A stretch of 64,000 nt of DNA, taken from an uncultured bacterium (lineage in GTDB: Bacteria; UBP14; UBA6098; B30-G16). A program made the translations under genes and the position numbers. The stretch is taken from positions 3,662 to 67,661 of the forward strand of contig CBEVQY010000008.1 in the NCBI GenBank assembly GCA_965552135.1, written 5' to 3'. Positions within the stretch are counted from its first letter, which is position 1, and each line of letters begins with the position of its first letter. Under the pieces are notes generated by a model. It was not told the DNA's origin and did no database searches. It was given only the letters and a program-made list of their open reading frames with translations. Of the stretch, positions 37,675-46,918 are shown piece after piece.

Positions 37675-38094
37675 GTGGACTTCGTGGTCTTCGGCATAAA
37701 GGGGGAGCGGTACGGGATCGACATATCCCGCGTGCGCGAGGTCGTTGAGCTTTCGGACGTCATGCCCGTCCCCGAAACGCCCGAATATATCCTGGGGGTC
37801 ACAAACCTCCGCGGAGAGGTCATCCCCGTGGTTGACCTGGCGCTTAGGCTGGGGCTGGGGAGGTCCTGCATGAACGAGAACTCGAAGCTTGTCGTCGTGG
37901 AGGGCAAGGACTACAAGGCTGCGCTTTTGGTGGACGGGCTGCCCGATGTGCTCCATCCAAAGCCCGAGGAGGTCTCGCAGCAGCTGCGTTCCCTAAACCC
38001 AAAGATAGACACCGAGCTTATTTGGGGCGCGATCGAGGGCGAATATGTGCTCGTCATCGATATCGATAGACTCTTCTCCGCTGGGGGCGAGTGA
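37675..38094 (+). CDS. cheW: CheW adaptor
   Basis: YGIDI..VREV, PVPETP.YILGV.NLRG.VIPVVDL. Confidence 0.95.
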   Translation: MDFVVFGIKGERYGIDISRVREVVELSDVMPVPETPEYILGVTNLRGEVIPVVDLALRLGLGRSCMNENSKLVVVEGKDYKAALLVDGLPDVLHPKPEEVSQQLRSLNPKIDTELIWGAIEGEYVLVIDIDRLFSAGGE

Positions 38095-38095
38095 T

Positions 38096-38584
38096 GTGGC
38101 GGCTGGGGAGGTGATAAACGTCGGTTTGGGCAAGATAGCGGTTGCACAGCCGCCGGGGGTTCTTGCGTGTGTGGGTGTGGGTTCCTGCGTAGCTTTGTGT
38201 ATTTACCATCGCCCCACAAGGACCGCTGCGCTTGCGCACATAATGCTACCCGCCCGTGGCGAGGGCGACGTTGATCCCAAAAGACCGGCGAAGTTCGCAG
38301 GGGACGCCGTCGAAAACGTACTTGAGGCGCTCGCGCAAAGGGGGATAAAGGCCCCCACAGGTCTTGTTGCCAAGCTTGTGGGCGGCGCGCACCTCTTCCA
38401 CTTCCACCAGGTGCCGAACATAGGTGCGCGCAACATAGAAGCGACCAGAAAGGCGCTTGCGGAGTTCGGGATACCCATAGTTGCCCAGGACGTTGGCGGG
38501 AGCTACGGGAGGTCGGTCTGGTTCTTCGCCCAGACGGGCAAGGTCGTTGTGCGCGGAAGGTTCCACAGAGTGCGTGAAATCTAA
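38096..38584 (+). CDS. cheD: Chemoreceptor glutamine deamidase
   Basis: GSCVA, HIMLP, AKLVGGA, IG.RN, DVGG.YGR; GTG start. Confidence 0.93.
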   Translation: MAAGEVINVGLGKIAVAQPPGVLACVGVGSCVALCIYHRPTRTAALAHIMLPARGEGDVDPKRPAKFAGDAVENVLEALAQRGIKAPTGLVAKLVGGAHLFHFHQVPNIGARNIEATRKALAEFGIPIVAQDVGGSYGRSVWFFAQTGKVVVRGRFHRVREI

Positions 38585-38597
38585 GGAGGGCAAATAG

Positions 38598-38963
38598 ATG
38601 GGCAAAAGGATCCTAATAGTCGACGACGCGCGCTTTATGCGCATGATGCTGCGGAGCATCCTCGAGGAGGCGGGCTACGAGGTCGTTGGCGAGGCTGAAA
38701 CCGGCACCGAAGCCCTCTGGAAGTTCGCCCAGCTCAAGCCTGATCTTATGATCCTCGACATCATCATCCCCGAGCTTGAGGGCAACGTCGTTTTGGGGAG
38801 GGTGCTCAAGCAGTTTCCCGACGCGAAGGTTTTGATAGTAAGCGCCGTTGGGCAGAGGCTTTTGGTCGACAAGGCGCTGAAGTCCGGCGCCGCAGGGTAC
38901 ATCGTAAAACCCGTGGAGCCGGAGATGCTCATAAAAGAGGTTAAGCGAATTCTGGGCGAATAG
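38598..38963 (+). CDS. cheY: CheY-like single-domain response regulator
   Basis: ILIVDDA.FMR, LDII.P, SA.GQ, YIVKP. Confidence 0.9.
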   Translation: MGKRILIVDDARFMRMMLRSILEEAGYEVVGEAETGTEALWKFAQLKPDLMILDIIIPELEGNVVLGRVLKQFPDAKVLIVSAVGQRLLVDKALKSGAAGYIVKPVEPEMLIKEVKRILGE

Positions 38964-38967
38964 GTCT

Positions 38968-40572
38968 GTGGCGTTCGACAGGGAAAAATACCTGAGGCTT
39001 TTCTTCGACGAAGCCGACGAGCTTATGTCCCGCCTGGGGAAGCTGCTTGTGGAGCTTGAGGCTGACCTTACGAACAGAGGCGTCGTAAACGAGATCTTCC
39101 GCATCACCCACACGATAAAGGGCAACGCCGCGGCGATGGGGTTCGAGCTTATAAGCTCTTTTGCCCACAAGATCGAGGACCTCTTTGCGCTCGTCCGCGA
39201 TGGGAAGCTTGAGTTTACCTCTGCTGTTGCCGATGTAGCCTTCGAGGCGCTGGGCGAGCTTGAGAGGCTCCTTGAGGAGCTTAGGGAGAAGGGCGTCGAG
39301 CCTGCCGAGCTTCCTGAGGTTGCCGCAGCCGTCGACAGGGTAATCTCGGGCGACCTTGCGGGACTCGAAGCCCACCGCAGACGCAGCGCGGCAGAGATAA
39401 AGCTTGCCGAAACGGTGCGCGTCCCCCTGCAAAAGCTCGACTACATCCTCAACCTTGTCGGCGAGATGATAGTGGGGCTAAGCAGGCTTGAGGGCATAAA
39501 CGAGCGCCTCGACGACCGCGAGCTTGGTGACGCGATAACGAAGCTCAGGCGCATAGCCGACGAGTTCCAGTACGTCGTTATGGACATAAGGCTTGTTCCG
39601 CTTTCGTCGATTTTCGACCAGCTTCCCAGGCTTGTGCGCGACCTTGCGGCGGAGGCGGGCAAGAAAGCGAAGGTGAGCGTCTACGGGAGCGACATCCAGC
39701 TCGACAGCAAGGTCGTCGAGCGGATAAAGACGCCCATCATCCAGATCATCCGCAACGCCATTTCGCACGGCATAGAGCCGCCCGACGAGCGGGTTCGCGC
39801 CGGCAAGGACGAGGCTGGGAGCATAAGCGTTACCGCTTCGCGCCAGCGAAACAGGGTTTTGGTTCGCATAAGCGACGACGGCAGGGGGATAGACCTCCAG
39901 AAGGTTGCTCAAACCGCCGTAGAGCTTGGGATCGTGTCCCGCGAGCGCGTTTCGGAGATGTCGGAGCAGGAGGTTTTGGAGCTGGTCTTCGAGCCCGGTT
40001 TCACCACCGCGGGTGCTGTAGACAGGATGGCTGGTCGCGGCGTTGGGATGGACGCCGTCCGCGCTGAACTCGCATCCATCGGCGGCGCCGTAAGCGTCCA
40101 CTCCGTCCTGGGCGTGGGAACGACGTTCACCATCGACGTCCCCATATCCGTCGCCGTTGTGAAGGCGCTTTTGTGTCGCGTTGCGGGAAGGATTTTGGCA
40201 ATACCTGTAAGCTCTGTCGTGTCGGTGCGGCAGGTGCAGCCCCAGGATGTTAAAGCTGTGGGGGGCGAAAAAAGCTTTACTTTTCTGGACGAGCCCGTTC
40301 CCCTCGTGGAGCTTTCGGAGCTCCTCTACGACCTTCCGCCGGGGCGTGGCGACGAATGCATCCGTGTGGTCGTCGTCGACTTCGCCGGAAGGCGGGTTGG
40401 CTTTGCCGTCGACGAGTTCATCCGCGAGGAGGACATCGTGGCGAAGCCGCTTTCGGTCCCCGGCGAGGTTAGGGTGGTATCGGGCGCAGCCGTCCTCGGC
40501 GACGGAAGCGTGGCGCTCATCCTCGACGTCGGCGAAACGATAAGAAAAGCTTCACTAAGGAAGGTGGGATGA
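38968..40572 (+). CDS. cheA: Chemotaxis histidine kinase lacking P2 domain
   Basis: HTIKG (P1), TVRV...LD...NLVGE (P3), RNA..HGIE, DDGRG, PGFTT, GRGVGMD, C-terminal CheW-like P5. Confidence 0.95.
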   Translation: MAFDREKYLRLFFDEADELMSRLGKLLVELEADLTNRGVVNEIFRITHTIKGNAAAMGFELISSFAHKIEDLFALVRDGKLEFTSAVADVAFEALGELERLLEELREKGVEPAELPEVAAAVDRVISGDLAGLEAHRRRSAAEIKLAETVRVPLQKLDYILNLVGEMIVGLSRLEGINERLDDRELGDAITKLRRIADEFQYVVMDIRLVPLSSIFDQLPRLVRDLAAEAGKKAKVSVYGSDIQLDSKVVERIKTPIIQIIRNAISHGIEPPDERVRAGKDEAGSISVTASRQRNRVLVRISDDGRGIDLQKVAQTAVELGIVSRERVSEMSEQEVLELVFEPGFTTAGAVDRMAGRGVGMDAVRAELASIGGAVSVHSVLGVGTTFTIDVPISVAVVKALLCRVAGRILAIPVSSVVSVRQVQPQDVKAVGGEKSFTFLDEPVPLVELSELLYDLPPGRGDECIRVVVVDFAGRRVGFAVDEFIREEDIVAKPLSVPGEVRVVSGAAVLGDGSVALILDVGETIRKASLRKVG

Positions 40573-41222
40573 TGAACGTAGGTTCAGACAGCCTCGGCAG
40601 GGAGCGCGTCGAGCTTTTAAACGAGGTTTCGTCGGTGGGGGCGAAAAACGCCGCGCTGGTTCTGTCGAAGATGCTGGGAACACAAATCAGCGTCACGTTC
40701 CCGAAGGTCGAGCTTATAACGCTCGACGAGCTTTTGGACGCCACCGACTACAGGGAAAAGCCCGTCTCGTTCGTCTTCAGCCACTTCCACGGCGACGTTC
40801 GAGGAACAGCCGCACTCATCTTCCCCGAGCAGAGCACGCTTACCATCCTCAAGTCCCTCTTCGACCGCGATGTGCCCTCGATCGATAAGATGGACTCCAT
40901 CGACTACTCGATAATCAAGGAGACGGGGAACATCCTCATAGGCTCTTTCCTTAATGCCATGTGCAACACCTTTGATCTTGTGGCGTTGCCCACCGTTCCC
41001 GACGTTGCCGTCGATTTTCTGGAGGCTGTTCTCGACTCGTTTTCGCTCGTTTTGTGCCAGGGCGGGCGCGAGGATATGATATCGATCAGAACGGAGCTTT
41101 TGGCAAAGCCAAGCCCCGGCGCGATATTCGGCGTTATGCTGATACTCTTCGACCCCTCCGTCGATGTGGGCGCTATTTTTGGCGGAAGGCGCGGCGAAAA
41201 AGGGCGGGCAAAATTTCCTTGA
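40569..41222 (+). CDS. cheC: CheC phosphatase
   Basis: NAA..LS.ML, S.IKE.GNIL.GSFLNA, P.VP...VD. Confidence 0.9.
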   Translation: MMNVGSDSLGRERVELLNEVSSVGAKNAALVLSKMLGTQISVTFPKVELITLDELLDATDYREKPVSFVFSHFHGDVRGTAALIFPEQSTLTILKSLFDRDVPSIDKMDSIDYSIIKETGNILIGSFLNAMCNTFDLVALPTVPDVAVDFLEAVLDSFSLVLCQGGREDMISIRTELLAKPSPGAIFGVMLILFDPSVDVGAIFGGRRGEKGRAKFP

Positions 41223-41246
41223 CATTTCGACGCGCCCCCCTAAATT
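41219..41246 (+). promoter_or_regulatory. Putative promoter of hydrogenase locus
   Basis: TTGACA-16 nt-TAAATT overlapping the cheC stop. Confidence 0.5.
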
Positions 41247-41288
41247 CGAGCTAACTAAAGACTTTGGTCAAAAGAAAAGCGAGGGAGT

Positions 41289-42932
41289 ATGGGGGAATAC
41301 AGGGTTGTTTGTTGTTTTTGCTCGATGCAGGATGAACTTGTGCTCTCGGAGGATGATCTTTTCGAGAGCGCTTATTTTGGCAGCGGGAGCTTTGTGAGGG
41401 CTCACTATGGCACGGGTGTGCGCCGCCTGTGTGCCCGTGGGAACTTTTGCGTAGAGCTTTCGCAGCACAAGCGGCGAACATCTTACGCCAAGGTCGACGG
41501 TGAGGAGGTTCCCGCGCAGAAAGCTGTCTCCGAGCTTGTTTCTCGCATAGAGCAGTTCGACAAAAGCAGGGTTGCCCTCCTTCTGGGCGGCAGTCTTCCG
41601 CTGGAGGATGCGCTTTTGGCTGCCAGGCTTGGCGAGGCTTGGGGCACTCGCTTCGTCGCACTCGCCGCGCCCGAGGACTACATCTCCGCAAAGCTGCAGA
41701 ACAAATTCGCAGGCTTCGATGAGCTTGCCAAAAAGCAGCTTATAGTTGTTTTCGGCGATGTTTTCTCGCTTCATCCCACGGTGGCGCGCGCAGTGCACGA
41801 TGCCCGCTTCGCCGAAAGGAGAAACGCCTTTGTCTGCGTCGACAACTGCCGCACAAGGACATCCTGGTTTGCATATCCCGCCCTTGTGGCGATGCCCGGC
41901 AAGGTCGCCGACGCCGCCGAAGCCCTGGCGAAGGCAGCGATGGGGGAGCAGTTCTCCATCGATGGGCTCGGCGTGGCGGAGAAGGACTTCGAGCAGACGG
42001 TGAACCTGATAAACGGCGCCGAAAGCGGCGCGGTCCTCTTCGCGCCCGGTGTGGGGCACTTCGCCGAACCACTCAGGGTCGGATTTTGGGCAAGGAGGCT
42101 TGCCGAAGCCAAAGGGTTCGACTTCGTTGCCTTCGGAACCACCTCGAACGGGCGCGGAATAGCAAGACTCCTTTCGACATACGGGTTTGCGACGATAACC
42201 GAAACCCTCGACGCGCTTTCGGACGGACAGATAGACGCGGTTTTGTGCCTTGGATGTGATCCAGTGGAGGCTTTTCCGAAAAGCTTTGAGCACATAAGGT
42301 CGGCTGGCTTTGTTGCCACCACGGCAACGCTGCCGACGGCTGTGGTCCAGAACTCGTCTGTGGTCATACCATCGCTCCACCTCTTCGAGCGCAAGGGGAC
42401 TCTCCTTTCTCTGGACGAAAGGCTCGTTTCGGTGGACGAAAGTTTTCCTGCGCCGGACTATCCCGGCGAGGAGGGCGTTTTGAGGGAGCTTTTGCGGTCC
42501 GCCGGCGTGGACGACTCCGTCCCCCAGGGCGAGCTTGAGGGTAGGCTTGGCGGATACGAGTTTATCTCCGAGCCGCCCGAGCCCCATTCGATCCCTGCGG
42601 GCGATGTCTTCGCCGTCGGCTACTCGGCTCCCTACCACCACGGCGACGGCAGCATCACCAGGCGGATAAACTGGGTGATCCGCAACGTCGCCGACGACGG
42701 CAACGTCGCGATTGTGGGTCCTGCGCTTGCCGAAAGGCTCGGCGTCGGCGCCGGATCGACCATCACGGTCGAGACAGCCGCCGGCAAAAGCGCCTTCTCC
42801 GTCTCCGTGGCGGAGGATCAAGTGGACAACGTCGTCCTCGTTCCAACGTACATGCCCAACGCAAGGTCCGTTTTGGGCTGGTGCTCCGTTGCGGGCTTTA
42901 TCCCTGCGGCTGCAACGGTGTCGAAGGCTTAG
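41289..42932 (+). CDS. Molybdopterin-oxidoreductase-fold protein (FdhF/NuoG-C-like), probably non-catalytic
   Basis: CCFCSMQD...LCARG N-terminus; G.DPV, VIPS...FE..GT; C-terminal dinucleotide-binding-like P..A.RLGV..G. Confidence 0.72.
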   Translation: MGEYRVVCCFCSMQDELVLSEDDLFESAYFGSGSFVRAHYGTGVRRLCARGNFCVELSQHKRRTSYAKVDGEEVPAQKAVSELVSRIEQFDKSRVALLLGGSLPLEDALLAARLGEAWGTRFVALAAPEDYISAKLQNKFAGFDELAKKQLIVVFGDVFSLHPTVARAVHDARFAERRNAFVCVDNCRTRTSWFAYPALVAMPGKVADAAEALAKAAMGEQFSIDGLGVAEKDFEQTVNLINGAESGAVLFAPGVGHFAEPLRVGFWARRLAEAKGFDFVAFGTTSNGRGIARLLSTYGFATITETLDALSDGQIDAVLCLGCDPVEAFPKSFEHIRSAGFVATTATLPTAVVQNSSVVIPSLHLFERKGTLLSLDERLVSVDESFPAPDYPGEEGVLRELLRSAGVDDSVPQGELEGRLGGYEFISEPPEPHSIPAGDVFAVGYSAPYHHGDGSITRRINWVIRNVADDGNVAIVGPALAERLGVGAGSTITVETAAGKSAFSVSVAEDQVDNVVLVPTYMPNARSVLGWCSVAGFIPAAATVSKA

Positions 42933-42990
42933 GGCGCGGTCGTTGGGCTGCGCCCTTTTTGTTTCCAACAACGCAAAAACGGGGGATGAG

Positions 42991-43494
42991 ATGACCGAAA
43001 CCGCTCAGGCAGAAGGGTTGGTCGAAAAAAGGATAGTCCTCGACATCGACCGCTGCATAGGCTGCCGCAGCTGCGAGACGGCGTGCTTCTACTCCCACAC
43101 CGGGCAAAAGAACCTCACCCAAGCCTCGGCGATGGTTATAGCCGAGTTCCCCTACCACTGTCGCCACTGCGAGGAGCCTGTCTGCATCGAGGCTTGCCCG
43201 CGCGATGCCATCGAGCGAAGACCCGACGGCGTCATCTACAGGAACAAGTTCCTCTGCATAGGCTGCGGAAGCTGCGCGATAGCGTGTCCGTTCGGCGCGA
43301 TAAACGAAAAGCTCGTGCGCAGAATAGTGAGCAAGTGCGATCTCTGCGTCGAGCGGCTTGGCGATGGCGAGGAGCCCGCATGCGTAGCCACGTGCACGTC
43401 GGGCGCCCTGCAGTTTTTGCCGAAGTCGGAGATAATAGAGCAGAAAAAGTGGGGCGCACGCATAATCGCAAAGCCCGGACCGCACAGGATATAA
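42991..43494 (+). CDS. 4x[4Fe-4S] electron-transfer protein (HycB/CooF-like)
   Basis: CIGCRSCETAC, CRHCEEPVCIEACP, CIGCGSCAIACP, KCDLC...PACVATC. Confidence 0.92.
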   Translation: MTETAQAEGLVEKRIVLDIDRCIGCRSCETACFYSHTGQKNLTQASAMVIAEFPYHCRHCEEPVCIEACPRDAIERRPDGVIYRNKFLCIGCGSCAIACPFGAINEKLVRRIVSKCDLCVERLGDGEEPACVATCTSGALQFLPKSEIIEQKKWGARIIAKPGPHRI

Positions 43495-43606
43495 AAAATC
43501 CCCGGGCGCAAAAGCGCGTTTGGAGTGGTAAGGCCGGGCAAAAAAGCGGCGGGGAGCGTCGGGAGGCAGTGGGAAGTAGCTGGAAAAATACGGAGAAGGA
43601 GGGACG

Positions 43607-44527
43607 ATGGAGTTCTTCTATTACCTCATATTTCCAGGTTTTGCGTTTGCGGTGGTTGTGGGTCTTTTGACGGCTTGGTTTGACAGGAAGGTTACGGCGC
43701 GCGTTCAGTGGCGCAAGGGACCGCCGTGGTATCAGAACTTCGCCGACGTGGGCAAGCTTTTGATAAAGGAGGTCGTCGTTCCCGACACGGCAAACAAAAC
43801 CGTGTTTCTGCTTGCGCCCGCTGTGGCTCTTTCCGCCGCTGCGCTTGCCGCAGCCATCCTTGGCGTCGTAAACATGAACTGGAACAACACCTTCGTAGGT
43901 GATCTTATCGTCCTGTGGTACGTTCTGGCGCTTCCTTCGATAATGCTTATAGTCGGCGCCTCGGCTTCGGGAAACCCCCTTGCGTCGGTGGGCGCATCGA
44001 GGGAGATGAACCAGTTCTTCGCATACGAACTCCCCCTGCTTTTCGCGATATCGGTGGTGGTGTTCAAGGTCGGGTCACTCTCCCTGGGCGAGATACTAAA
44101 GTACCAAGCGGAGCACGGACCGATCCTCTACTCCGTCTCGGGGGTTATTGCGTGTGTGGTGGCTCTTTTGTGCCTTCAGGCTAAGCTTGGGCTCGTGCCG
44201 TTCGACATACCCGAGGCTGAAACGGAGCTTGGCGCTGGCATCCTTATGGAATACTCCGGCGCGGCGCTGGGAGCCTTCAAGCTCACTAAGGCTATACTGC
44301 TCTACATCTCGCCGATCTTCATCATAACCCTCTTCTGGGGCGGCGTCCACATCAAAGGGCTTGGGTGGCTTTGGGCAATACTCAAATACGCCCTCTTCGT
44401 CCTCCTCTTCACGCTCATACGGAACACAAACCCAAGGCTTAGGATAGATCAGTCGGTCAGGTTTTTCTGGTTCACGATGACCGTTTTGGGCATAGTGGCT
44501 TTGGTGCTTATGTATCTTGGCTATTAA
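43607..44527 (+). CDS. Hydrogenase membrane anchor (NuoH/MbhM-like)
   Basis: DRKV.ARVQ.R.GPP, D..KL..KE, PFDIPEAETEL..G...EYSG, PRLRIDQ. Confidence 0.92.
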   Translation: MEFFYYLIFPGFAFAVVVGLLTAWFDRKVTARVQWRKGPPWYQNFADVGKLLIKEVVVPDTANKTVFLLAPAVALSAAALAAAILGVVNMNWNNTFVGDLIVLWYVLALPSIMLIVGASASGNPLASVGASREMNQFFAYELPLLFAISVVVFKVGSLSLGEILKYQAEHGPILYSVSGVIACVVALLCLQAKLGLVPFDIPEAETELGAGILMEYSGAALGAFKLTKAILLYISPIFIITLFWGGVHIKGLGWLWAILKYALFVLLFTLIRNTNPRLRIDQSVRFFWFTMTVLGIVALVLMYLGY

Positions 44528-44543
44528 ACAAAGGAGAGCAAAG

Positions 44544-45005
44544 ATGCCTTTGGGACTTGGGTCGCTTAAGAAATCGATTTGGGTTTATCACGTTGGCTGC
44601 TCGCCCTGCAACAACTGCGACATTGAGATACTTGATCTCCTCACGCCTCGCTACGATGTGGAGCGCTTTGGGATAGTTTTGGTAGGCAGCGTTCGCCACG
44701 CCGACGCCCTGTTGGTGACGGGAATGGTGAACCGTCAGGTGAAGCCCCGTCTTCAGGAGCTATACCTTCAGGCGGCGAAGCCCTGCGTTGTTTTCGCGAT
44801 CGGTTCGTGCGCGGTTTCGGGCAACTTCTTCAGGCGAAGCTACAGCATGGCGGGTCCGGTGGAGCGGGCGATAAGGGAGGTCGACCCCAACGCGATAGTC
44901 GTCCACGTCCCGGGGTGCCCGCCAAAGCCCGAGGCGATGATATCAGCCGTCGTTAAGGCGATAAAGTTCCTCGACACGCTCAAGGGCAAAAAGGTCGAGG
45001 TCTAA
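44544..45005 (+). CDS. Group 4 hydrogenase small subunit (NuoB/MbhJ-like)
   Basis: CNNCDIE, YDVERFG, RHAD.LLVTG, GSCA, PGCPP.PE. Confidence 0.93.
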   Translation: MPLGLGSLKKSIWVYHVGCSPCNNCDIEILDLLTPRYDVERFGIVLVGSVRHADALLVTGMVNRQVKPRLQELYLQAAKPCVVFAIGSCAVSGNFFRRSYSMAGPVERAIREVDPNAIVVHVPGCPPKPEAMISAVVKAIKFLDTLKGKKVEV

Positions 45006-45031
45006 TTCACCGAAGGCAAGGGGGAGACGAC

Positions 45032-45544
45032 ATGGCTTCGGATATGGTCGAGGTCTTGAAGGAGAAGCTGGGGGATAAGATAAAAAGCATAGTGCGTCCA
45101 AGGAGGCGTCGGATATACCTCTCCGTCGACCGCAACGACGTCCAGGAGGCTGCGCGCATAATCTTTTACGAGCTTGGGGGAAGGCTTTGCACGGCAAGCG
45201 CAGTCGACACAAGGCTTGGCGTGGAGATCATATATCACTTCTTCATCGAACACCCCGACTACGAGCGCACGGTTGTCAACCTGAAGACCCTCGCGCCCAA
45301 GCCTGATCTTGTGACGAAGTCTGTTGGCGCGGTCTTCAAGGCTGCGGAGTGGATCGAAAGGGAGATAATGGACCTCTTCGGCGTAAAATTCGAGGGGCAC
45401 CCCGACCCAAGAAAGCTCATCCTCGCCGACGACTGGCCCGAGGGACTGTATCCGCTCCGGACGGACTATCCGCAGAAGGAGGTGGAGGGCTTCAACCCGC
45501 AGGACGTCGAGGAGCCCCATCCGGACGCAACGCACTTCCTGTGA
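45032..45544 (+). CDS. NuoC/MbhK-like subunit
   Basis: W.EREI.DLFGV.FEGHP, L.DDWPEG.YPLR. Confidence 0.92.
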   Translation: MASDMVEVLKEKLGDKIKSIVRPRRRRIYLSVDRNDVQEAARIIFYELGGRLCTASAVDTRLGVEIIYHFFIEHPDYERTVVNLKTLAPKPDLVTKSVGAVFKAAEWIEREIMDLFGVKFEGHPDPRKLILADDWPEGLYPLRTDYPQKEVEGFNPQDVEEPHPDATHFL

Positions 45545-45666
45545 GGGGAATGAAGGGGCTTGGCTCAAAAGGGCGGCAAAGGAGGCTTTCGATATTTCGG
45601 AAGGGCGGCTTTGAATATGTTTGGAGAGGGGGTTAGCTTGAAGGTAGAAAAGAGGGGGAAAGATAG

Positions 45667-46893
45667 ATGAAGGAGACGATAATTCCCATAGGTCCGTTTC
45701 ATCCGCTTTTGGAGGAGCCCGAGCTTTTCACCCTCAAGATAGACGGCGAGATCGTCGTCGACGTCGACGTCAGGATAGGGTGGAACCACCGCGGGATAGA
45801 GAAGCTTTCGCAGGGTTTAACTTGGGATCAGGTTCCGTTTCTCATCGAGCGCATCTGCGGCATTTGCTCCACAAGCCACCCTTACGCCTGCGTTTTGGCG
45901 ATGGAGGACATCTGCGACATCGAGGCACCGCCTCGGGCGCAGTATATTCGCCCCGTTGTGGGCGAGCTCGAGAGGATCCACAGCCACCTGCTCTGGCTCG
46001 GACTCGCCGGACACTTCATCGGCTACAACACCGTCTTTATGTGGGCTTGGCGCTACAGGGAGCCCGTGCTCGACGCGCTTGAAAGGCTTACCGGAAACAG
46101 GAACCACTACGCGATGTTCAAGGTCGGCGGCGTGAGGAGGGATTTCTCGGACGAGGCTATGGAGTTCACCCTCAAAGTCATGGACGAGGTTGAGGCTGCG
46201 ACGACGAAGTTTTTGCATATAGCCCTCGACGACCCCGTTTTGCACAAAAGGCTTAAGGGCATCGGCGTTTTGACCTACGAGGACGCGATACAGTACTCCG
46301 CCGTTGGTCCCACTTCACGTCCTTCGGGCGTTGACCACGACGTTCGCCGCGACGACCCGTTCGACGCCTACGGTCCTGCCTTCGAGAAGGGCGTTTGGAA
46401 ACCCATTGTTCTCAAAGACGGCGATGTGTTCGCGAAAACCGCGTGCAGGATCCTCGAGGTTCTCGAGTCGGTGAAGATAATCCGCTGGTGCATCGAGAAC
46501 ATGCCCGACGGGGAGATAGACGCGGGTGTTGTTGAGATCCCTGCCGGCGAGGGTTGCGGTCACTACGAGGCTCCGAGGGGCGAGGTCTTCCACTACATGC
46601 GCTCCGATGGTGGCAACTTCCCCGTGAGGCACAAGGTACGCGCCCCAACGTTCAACAACCTGCCAACTTACAAGGCAACCTGCCCGGGGGCGCACATAGC
46701 GGACGTGACGTTGATCACCGCCTCCATCGACCCCTGCTACTGCTGCACCGAAAGGTTCGGCGTCGTCGACAAATACGGAAACAAAAAGCGCGTGAGGCAG
46801 GAGGACTTCGTCAAGCTTTCGGTGGAAAAGACCCTCGAGATAAAGCGTAAGCTTGGGAAAGTCACCTGGGATCCTTATGCAAAGCTTCTTTAG
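45667..46893 (+). CDS. Group 4 [NiFe]-hydrogenase large subunit (MbhL/HycE-like)
   Basis: GPFHP, HRGIEK, ERICGIC (L1), EAPRGE, DPCYCCTER (L2) plus C-terminal extension. Confidence 0.95.
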   Translation: MKETIIPIGPFHPLLEEPELFTLKIDGEIVVDVDVRIGWNHRGIEKLSQGLTWDQVPFLIERICGICSTSHPYACVLAMEDICDIEAPPRAQYIRPVVGELERIHSHLLWLGLAGHFIGYNTVFMWAWRYREPVLDALERLTGNRNHYAMFKVGGVRRDFSDEAMEFTLKVMDEVEAATTKFLHIALDDPVLHKRLKGIGVLTYEDAIQYSAVGPTSRPSGVDHDVRRDDPFDAYGPAFEKGVWKPIVLKDGDVFAKTACRILEVLESVKIIRWCIENMPDGEIDAGVVEIPAGEGCGHYEAPRGEVFHYMRSDGGNFPVRHKVRAPTFNNLPTYKATCPGAHIADVTLITASIDPCYCCTERFGVVDKYGNKKRVRQEDFVKLSVEKTLEIKRKLGKVTWDPYAKLL

Positions 46894-46918
46894 GCGAAAA
46901 CAAGAAAGGAGCTAAGAT

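Noticed and set aside
41289-46893. Selenocysteine recoding in the FdhF-like or hydrogenase subunits
   Set aside because: No in-frame TGA; all large-subunit ligands are Cys codons
45667-46893. Mbx/Mbs or complex I NuoD instead of a hydrogenase
   Set aside because: Both CxxC Ni-binding motifs are complete
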